A stretch of 64,000 nt of DNA. It comes from Bacteroidales bacterium (GTDB lineage: Bacteria; Bacteroidota; Bacteroidia; Bacteroidales; UBA932). The number at the start of each line of letters is the position of its first letter. Within the stretch, counting starts at the first letter, position 1. The position numbers and the translations under genes are program-made. Location of the stretch: positions 2,546 to 66,545 of the forward strand of contig JAFUDV010000062.1 of assembly GCA_017464245.1 (NCBI GenBank), read 5' to 3'. Shown piece after piece: positions 57,530 to 64,000 of the stretch. The notes below the pieces were generated by a model. That model was given only the letters and a program-made list of their open reading frames with translations, searched no databases and had not been told where the DNA came from.

Positions 57530-60160
57530 TTACACCCCTAGCTCGTCCTTCATGGCGCGGAGCGCGTCGAAGGCCTGCAGGGGTGTCATGTTATTGAGGT
57601 CCAGGCCCTTGAGGCGGTCCCGGAGGGATTCCAGCAGCGGGTCGTCCAGCTGGAACATGGAGAGCTGGATGGAGCCGTCCTTCTCCACGCGGCCTTCCTT
57701 GGTCGTGTGGGGCTTGACGGGGGTGAGGGCGCCGATGGCGTCCAGCGCCTGCGAATTCTCCAGGGCCTTGAGGGTGCGTTCGGCGCTTTCGAGCACCGGG
57801 GCGGGCATGCCGGCCATGCGGGCCACGTGGATGCCGAAGCTGTGGGCCGATCCGCCTTCCTTGATCTTCCGCAGGAAAATCACCTCCTTCCCCACCTCCT
57901 TCACGGTCACGTGGAAGTTCCTGACGCGGGGGAAAAGGCCTTCCAGGTCGTTGAGTTCATGGTAATGGGTGGCGAAGAGCGTCTTCGCACCCTTTCCGTA
58001 CTCGTGGATGTACTCCACGATGCCCCGGGCGATGGACATGCCGTCGTAGGTGGAGGTGCCGCGTCCGATCTCGTCCAGCAGCACCAGCGAACGGGCGGAC
58101 AGGTTGTGCAGGATCATCGACGTTTCCAGCATCTCCACCATGAAGGTGGATTCGCCGCGGGAAATGTTGTCCGTCGCCCCCACACGGGTGAACAGCTTGT
58201 CGAACCAGCCGATCCGGGCCGATGCCGCCGGGACGAAGGACCCCGTCTGCGCCATCAGGACGATAAGGGCCGTCTGCCGCAGGAGGGCGGATTTACCCGC
58301 CATGTTCGGACCGGTCAAAATAATGATCTGCTGCGACTTGGAGTCCAGGAAGACGTCGTTCGGGACGTATTCCTCTCCCGCCGGCATGAGTGTTTCGATG
58401 ACCGGATGGCGGCCCGCCTTGATATCCAGCACCAGGGAGTCGTCCATCTCGGGACGGCAGTAATGCCGCAGGGCCGCCTGTTCGGCGAAACCCGCGAGCA
58501 TGTCCAGCAGCGCGAGGATGCGGCTGTTCTTCTGGATGTCCGTGATGTGGTCCTGGATATGGGCGATGAGGGCCGCGTAGATCCGCGTCTCGATCTCGTA
58601 AATGCGGCTTTCGGCCGTGACGATCTTCTCTTCGTACTCCTTGAGCTCCTCGGTGATGTAGCGCTCGGCGCTCACCAGCGTCTGCTTGCGGATCCACTCC
58701 GGCGGGACTTTGTCCCGGAAGGTGTTGCGGACCTCGATATAGTAGCCGAAAACGTTGTTGTACGCAATCTTGAGGGAGGGGATGCCGGTGCGTTCGGCCT
58801 CGCGCTGCTGCATCTGCAGGAGGTAGTCCTTCCCGCTGCCGGACAGTCCGCGCAGCTCGTCCAGTTCCTCGTCCACGCCTTCCGCGATGACCGGCCCCTT
58901 GCCGATCTGGGCGGCCGGATCCGGATCCAGCGTCCGGACGATCTCGCCCAGGATCTTCCCGCAGCCCACCAGGCCCCGGACCAGTTTGTCCACGGCCTCG
59001 CAGCCCTGGCCCTGGCACGCTTCGCGGATGGGTTCCATCCGGGCGAGGCCGCGGCTCAGCTGCAGGATTTCCCGCGGGAGGGCCTTGCCGTTTGCGATGC
59101 GGCCGAGGATCCGGTCCAGGTCGCCCATCTGGCCGAGCGACTCCTGCACCTGCTGCAGCGTGTCGGGGTGCTCCACGAAGAACTGCACGATGTCGTAGCG
59201 CTGCGAAAGCTTCTTCCGGTCCAGCAGCGGCATCGCCAGGGAGGTCCGGAGCATCCGGGCGCCCATGGGCGAGGAGCACTTGTCGATGGTCTCCACGAGG
59301 GAGACGCCCTCGCGTCCCGCCGCACTCTGGAAGACCTCCAGGTTGCGGAGGGTGAACTGGTCCATCCACACGAACTTGCCTTCGTCGATGCGGCTGAGGG
59401 TGGAGATGTTCCTCAGGCCCGCATGCTGCGTCTGCTCCAGATAGACCATCAGGGCGCCGGCGGCGCATAGGCCCAGCGGCATCGTGTCCACGGCGAAGCC
59501 CTTGAGGCTGTCCACGCGGAGCTGCCGCTTGAGCTTTTCCACGGCGGCGTCGTACACGAAGGCCCATTCGTCCAGGCTCGTGACGTAGTAGTCCCCGAAC
59601 CGGTCCCGGATCCCCCGTTCGTAGCTCCGGGGAACGACCAGTTCCTTGGGGGAGAGCGAGCCCATCAGCGTGCCGATGTACTCCAGCGAGCCCTGCGCCA
59701 CCTGGAACTGTCCCGTGGACACGTCCAGGAAGGCGGCGCCCACGCCTTCGCGGTCGAAGGCGAGCCCGCACAAGAAGTTGTTCTCCTTGACCTCCAGCAT
59801 GTTCTCGCCGAAGGAAATGCCGGGCGTGACGATTTCCGTCACCCCGCGCTTGACGAGTTTCTTCGCGAACTTCGGGTCCTCCAGCTGGTCGCAGATGGCA
59901 ACCTTGAAGCCGGCGCGGACCAGTTTCGTGAGGTAGTTCTCGATGGCGTGGTGGGGGAAGCCGGCCATGGGGATGGGCCCCTTGTCGCCGTTGGATTTTT
60001 TCGTCTGCACGAGCCCGAGCACGCGGGACGCCGTCACGGCGTCGTCCGAGTAGGTTTCGTAGAAATCGCCCACCCGGTACAGCAGCAGCGCCTCGGGGTG
60101 CTGTGCCTTGACCTCGAAGAACTGCTTGATCAGGGGAGTGTCTTCCGCCATCTTCGCCAT
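57530..60160 (-). CDS. mutS: DNA mismatch repair protein MutS
   Basis: GDFYE, TGPNMAGKS, STFMVEM, DEIGRGTST, FATHYHEL; start uncertain (60184/60160/60151). Confidence 0.96.
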   Translation of the reverse strand: MAKMAEDTPLIKQFFEVKAQHPEALLLYRVGDFYETYSDDAVTASRVLGLVQTKKSNGDKGPIPMAGFPHHAIENYLTKLVRAGFKVAICDQLEDPKFAKKLVKRGVTEIVTPGISFGENMLEVKENNFLCGLAFDREGVGAAFLDVSTGQFQVAQGSLEYIGTLMGSLSPKELVVPRSYERGIRDRFGDYYVTSLDEWAFVYDAAVEKLKRQLRVDSLKGFAVDTMPLGLCAAGALMVYLEQTQHAGLRNISTLSRIDEGKFVWMDQFTLRNLEVFQSAAGREGVSLVETIDKCSSPMGARMLRTSLAMPLLDRKKLSQRYDIVQFFVEHPDTLQQVQESLGQMGDLDRILGRIANGKALPREILQLSRGLARMEPIREACQGQGCEAVDKLVRGLVGCGKILGEIVRTLDPDPAAQIGKGPVIAEGVDEELDELRGLSGSGKDYLLQMQQREAERTGIPSLKIAYNNVFGYYIEVRNTFRDKVPPEWIRKQTLVSAERYITEELKEYEEKIVTAESRIYEIETRIYAALIAHIQDHITDIQKNSRILALLDMLAGFAEQAALRHYCRPEMDDSLVLDIKAGRHPVIETLMPAGEEYVPNDVFLDSKSQQIIILTGPNMAGKSALLRQTALIVLMAQTGSFVPAASARIGWFDKLFTRVGATDNISRGESTFMVEMLETSMILHNLSARSLVLLDEIGRGTSTYDGMSIARGIVEYIHEYGKGAKTLFATHYHELNDLEGLFPRVRNFHVTVKEVGKEVIFLRKIKEGGSAHSFGIHVARMAGMPAPVLESAERTLKALENSQALDAIGALTPVKPHTTKEGRVEKDGSIQLSMFQLDDPLLESLRDRLKGLDLNNMTPLQAFDALRAMKDELGV

Positions 60161-60184
60161 GTCCGTATTGCTTTGGAGAAACAT

Positions 60185-60213
60185 GCAAAGATACGATTTT
60201 TTACTTAACTTTG
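60185..60213. promoter_or_regulatory. Overlapping divergent promoters for mutS and the glycosyltransferase
   Basis: TATCTTTGC on minus (60185-60193) and TAACTTTG on plus (60206-60213). Confidence 0.6.
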
Positions 60214-60219
60214 TGAGTT

Positions 60220-61563
60220 ATGAAACGTGTCCTCGTCATCACCTATTATTGGCCCCCGTCCGGCGGGTCTGGAGTCCAGCGGTGGGTGAAGTTTGCGAAG
60301 TACCTGCCCCTGGAGGGGTGGCAGCCGGTTATCTATACGCCTGAGAATCCGGAATATACGGCCATCGACCATACCCTGGAGGCGGAAATCCCGCACAGCG
60401 CGGAAATCCTCCGCCGCCCCATCACCGAGCCGTACAATATCTACCGCAAGCTGATGGGCAAGGGCGCCTCGACGGACATGAAGACCCTTACGGCCGGGGC
60501 TTCCAAGGGGGAGGTCACGGAGATTTCCTCCGGGAAGAAGTCGTGGAAGCAGCGCCTGTCGCTGTGGATCCGCGGCAACCTGTTCGTCCCGGACCCCCGC
60601 GTGGGCTGGGTGCGTCCGAGCGTGGGTTTCCTGAAGAAGTATCTGGCGGAACATCCTGTCGATGTGATCGTTACGACCGGTCCGCCGCATTCGATGCACC
60701 TGATCGGACAGCGGCTGCACCGGGAACTCGGGATTCCGTGGATCCCCGATTTCCGCGACCCGTGGAGCCGGATGTACTACCTCAAGCACCTGCCGATGTC
60801 GGCCCGCACCTGGAAGAAGCTCCGCGCGATGGAGCAGTCCGTCCTGGACGAATGCTCCACCGTGCTGGCGGTCACGCCGCTCGTGCAGGAGGAGTTCCAG
60901 GCGCAGACATCGACCCCCGTCGCGATGATCACCAACGGCTTTGACGGCGGCGATTTCGAGCAGACCGTGGAGCCGGACGGATTCTTCAACATCGTACACA
61001 CCGGCCTTTTTGCGGCCGACGGCAATCCGCTGAACCTTTGGAAAGTGCTGGGAATCAAGGCCTGGGCCGACGCAGACTTCAAAAAAGCGCTCCGGATCCG
61101 GCTCGTGGGCAAGGTGGACCGCGAGGTGTATGCCGCCATCGCGGAGGCCGGGCTGATGGACCATGTCGTGGACCTGGGCTACAAGGACCACCTGACGGCC
61201 GTCCGGGAGCAGCTGGCGGCCACCGTCCTGGTGCTTCCGCTGCGCAACGACCCGCAGTACCGGCCCATCCTGCCCGGCAAGCTCTTCGAGTATCTCGCCT
61301 CGCGGCGGCCGGTCCTGGGCATCGGCCAGGAGGACGGGGCCATGGCCCGCGTCCTCGCCGACACCGGCGCCGGCATCACCGCCGGCTGGGACAACCGGGA
61401 CGCCATGCGCTCCTTCATCGACCAGGCCTGGGAACAGCACAAGGCCGGCGGCGTTCCGTCCGTCGCGGGCGACATCGCCCGTTTCTCCCGCCGCAACCTC
61501 ACCCGCGAGCTCGCCGCCCTGCTGGAGCGGGTCTCCATCGACAAAAACCAATCCCATGAATAA
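60220..61563 (+). CDS. Glycosyltransferase, GT4-like
   Basis: VLVITYYWPPSGGSGVQR, TTGPPHS, DFRDPW, ITNGFD, PGKLFEYL. Confidence 0.9.
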   Translation: MKRVLVITYYWPPSGGSGVQRWVKFAKYLPLEGWQPVIYTPENPEYTAIDHTLEAEIPHSAEILRRPITEPYNIYRKLMGKGASTDMKTLTAGASKGEVTEISSGKKSWKQRLSLWIRGNLFVPDPRVGWVRPSVGFLKKYLAEHPVDVIVTTGPPHSMHLIGQRLHRELGIPWIPDFRDPWSRMYYLKHLPMSARTWKKLRAMEQSVLDECSTVLAVTPLVQEEFQAQTSTPVAMITNGFDGGDFEQTVEPDGFFNIVHTGLFAADGNPLNLWKVLGIKAWADADFKKALRIRLVGKVDREVYAAIAEAGLMDHVVDLGYKDHLTAVREQLAATVLVLPLRNDPQYRPILPGKLFEYLASRRPVLGIGQEDGAMARVLADTGAGITAGWDNRDAMRSFIDQAWEQHKAGGVPSVAGDIARFSRRNLTRELAALLERVSIDKNQSHE

Positions 61564-64000
61564 GACCCTCCTGAAAAGTATCTGCATCGGCCTCGGTGCG
61601 GTCGTGCTGTTCCTCGGACTCAGCTACGGCTTCGTGCCGCAGGTGCTCCGCGGGCAGATCGTGAACCAGAGCGACATATCGGGCTATATCGGCATGTCGC
61701 ACGAGATGAGCGAGTGGAACGCCGCACATCCGGACGACCCCACGTACTGGACGGATTCCATGTTCGGAGGCATGCCCACGACGGCGATCTCCACGCAGAA
61801 CGGCGGGGACTGTACGCAGGCGCTCTATGACTTGCTCCTCACGGGCAAGCGTCCGGCGACCTACCTGTTCATCGCCCTGCTGGGCGCGTTCCTGCTGATG
61901 CTTTCGCTGGGAGTGAGCTGGCCGCTGGCCGTCGGCGGCGCCGTGGCCGTGGCGTTCTGCTCGTACAACTTCCAGATCATCCAGGTGGGCCACAACACCA
62001 AGATGCAGGCGATCGCCTTCTTCCCGTGGGTGCTCGCCGCATTGGTGTACACCTACCGGAGCGCCGATGCCAAGAAGCGCGCCCTGGCGAAAATGATGCT
62101 CGGCGCGGCCCTGTTCGGCGTGGCGCTGAGCCTCCAGATCAAGGCGAACCACCAGCAGATCACTTACTATCTGGCCATCCTGGTGCTGCTGTACGCGCTG
62201 GTGGAGTTCATCGACATCCTGGTGCGCCGCAAGGACCGTCTGGGCCGGTTCTTCCTCGCATCGGCCCTGCTGCTTGTGCTGGGCGGGGCGGGCATTGCGA
62301 CCAACGTGAACAAGCTTCTGCCCCTGGCGAAATACACCCCGCACACCATGCGCGGCGGCTCCGAGCTCACGCAGGACGGCGCCGTGAAGGGCGGCGGGCT
62401 GGACCTGGACTATGCGACGGCGTGGTCCTACGGCTGGGAGGAGCTCCCGAACCTGATGATTCCGAACTTCAACGGAGGCGCATCGGCCCAGGCCGTGGAT
62501 CCGGCGAAGTCCGAGACCATCCAGCTCCTCAGGCGGGCCGGCCAGCCGAACACCCGTGAGATCGCGAAGGCCCTGCCGATGTACTGGGGCCCCCAGCCCT
62601 TCACCGCCGGACCCATGTACATGGGCGCCATCACGGTGTTCCTGTTCATCCTGGGCCTGTTCCTGTACAAGGGAAAGGAGAAATGGTGGATCATCGCGGG
62701 GACGGTCCTGGCCGTGCTGATGGCCGTGGGCAGTCATTTCATGGCCTTCACCAAGCTCTGTTTCAACGTCTTGCCGCTGTATAACAAGTTCCGGACGGTG
62801 TCCATGGCCCTCGTCGTCCTGCAGGTGACCCTGCCCATGCTGGGCTTCCTCACCCTGGACCGGATCGTCAGGGGCGGCTATGACCGGAAGGATTTCCTCC
62901 GCAAGAGCGGCATCGCCTTCGCCCTCACCGGCGGGCTGAGCCTGCTGCTGTTCCTGATCCCGACGCTGGCCGGCGATTTCACCTCCGCCTCCGATGCCGG
63001 TCAGCAGGATGTCCTCGTGGAAGCCTTCCAGAAGGACCGCATCGCCCTGCTGCGCCAGGACGCCCTCGTCTCGTTCATCCTCATCGCCGTCGCGTGGGCT
63101 CTCCTTCTCTGGGCCATCCTGCCCAAGGAGGCGCCGCGGTACCGGAAGCTCATTGCCGGAGTGGCCGTCTGCGCCCTCGTCGCGGTGAACCTTTTCGCCG
63201 TGGGCAAGCGCTACCTCAACGCCGACCATTTCACCACCCCGAAGGATTTCAACAAGCCCTTCGCCGAGCGTCCCGTGGACCAGATGGTCAAGGCCGACCC
63301 GGATCCGTCCTACCGCGTCCTGGACCTGAGTGTCAATGTGTTCAACTCCTCGGTCCCGTCCTACCACCACAAGAGCGTGGGCGGTTATTCCCCGGCCAAG
63401 CTCCAGCGGTACCAGGACCTGATCGAGCACTATCTGACCGGCGAGATCAATGCCATCTACGGGTCCATGCAGGACGCCGAGACCATTGACGACGTGGAGG
63501 CGGGTCTGCCGTCCACGCCGGTTCTCAATGCATTGAACACCCGGTATATCATCATCGGCGGAGACTATGCGCCGGTCGTGAACGGGAAGGCCTTTGGCAA
63601 CGCCTGGTTCGTCGATGAGGCCGTCCCGGCCGCGACGCCCGACGAGGAGATTGCCTTCCTGGGCAGTGTGGACCTGCGGCGGCAGGCGGTCATCGGCCAG
63701 GATATGGGGGCCGTAGCGGCGGCTCCGGCCGACAGTTCCGACACCATCGTCCTGACCTCCTACGCCCCGAACGAGCTCCGCTACCATTACAAGGCGTCCG
63801 GCGACCGCCTTGCCGTTTTCAGCGAAATCTATTATCCCGACGGCTGGAAGGCCACGGTGGACGGCGCCCCGGCCGATGTCCTGCGGGCCGACTGGACGCT
63901 GCGTGCGATGGCGCTCCCCTCCGGCGAGCACGACATCGTCATGCGTTTCGCGCCCGATTCCTACCGCGTGGGTGCCGGCGTCTCCCGTGCCTCCTCCATC
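61556..64000 (+). CDS. YfhO family multi-pass membrane protein (partial, runs off the window)
   Basis: Read by hand from ATG 61556: QSDI, WTDSMFGGMP, NHQQITYY, YWGPQPFTAGP.Y.G, GGYSPAKL.RYQD, FSEIYYP.GW. Confidence 0.88.
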   Translation, partial: MNKTLLKSICIGLGAVVLFLGLSYGFVPQVLRGQIVNQSDISGYIGMSHEMSEWNAAHPDDPTYWTDSMFGGMPTTAISTQNGGDCTQALYDLLLTGKRPATYLFIALLGAFLLMLSLGVSWPLAVGGAVAVAFCSYNFQIIQVGHNTKMQAIAFFPWVLAALVYTYRSADAKKRALAKMMLGAALFGVALSLQIKANHQQITYYLAILVLLYALVEFIDILVRRKDRLGRFFLASALLLVLGGAGIATNVNKLLPLAKYTPHTMRGGSELTQDGAVKGGGLDLDYATAWSYGWEELPNLMIPNFNGGASAQAVDPAKSETIQLLRRAGQPNTREIAKALPMYWGPQPFTAGPMYMGAITVFLFILGLFLYKGKEKWWIIAGTVLAVLMAVGSHFMAFTKLCFNVLPLYNKFRTVSMALVVLQVTLPMLGFLTLDRIVRGGYDRKDFLRKSGIAFALTGGLSLLLFLIPTLAGDFTSASDAGQQDVLVEAFQKDRIALLRQDALVSFILIAVAWALLLWAILPKEAPRYRKLIAGVAVCALVAVNLFAVGKRYLNADHFTTPKDFNKPFAERPVDQMVKADPDPSYRVLDLSVNVFNSSVPSYHHKSVGGYSPAKLQRYQDLIEHYLTGEINAIYGSMQDAETIDDVEAGLPSTPVLNALNTRYIIIGGDYAPVVNGKAFGNAWFVDEAVPAATPDEEIAFLGSVDLRRQAVIGQDMGAVAAAPADSSDTIVLTSYAPNELRYHYKASGDRLAVFSEIYYPDGWKATVDGAPADVLRADWTLRAMALPSGEHDIVMRFAPDSYRVGAGVSRASSI

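Noticed and set aside
1219-63931. Many long antisense ORFs (e.g. 4064-5794, 6785-10063, 13483-15384, 17746-20859, 37488-40361, 61499-63931)
   Set aside because: They are shadow ORFs opposite well-recognised genes, expected from high GC3 codon bias, and have no family motifs.
1-64000. tRNA, rRNA or riboswitch genes
   Set aside because: Intergenic spaces are short and I recognised no such sequence; a covariance-model search was not possible.

Overview
This is a GC-rich Bacteroidales chromosomal window. The assignment rests on SusC/SusD pairs, TAnnTTTG promoters and Bacteroidota-type gene order. Most of it is housekeeping: sdhBA/frdBA, ruvB, mfd, coaX-OMP-TPR-lptC-ppiD-ychF, galK, uvrA-like, OstA-surA, transporters, folA-thyA, galM, mutS, GT4-YfhO. 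Three non-coding signals stand out. (1) A serine recombinase and a single promoter lie between ~90-bp inverted repeats (21-bp perfect core) that are also the leaders of two divergent susCD operons, which suggests a Hin-like either/or switch between two surface transporters. (2) An HUH/Y1 (RAYT/IS200-like) transposase gene is surrounded by four copies of a 153-154 bp element. Each copy has four TGTACAAG-based palindromic boxes at fixed 49-bp offsets with variable spacers, and one copy is translated in frame inside a nuclease gene. (3) A cluster of DnaA-box-like 9-mers with an AT-rich flank lies between ruvB and mfd and is a candidate oriC. The window also has a second short palindromic repeat inserted in frame in uvrA and folA, and several decayed gene remnants. 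All product calls come from recognising motifs by eye; no database search was run.
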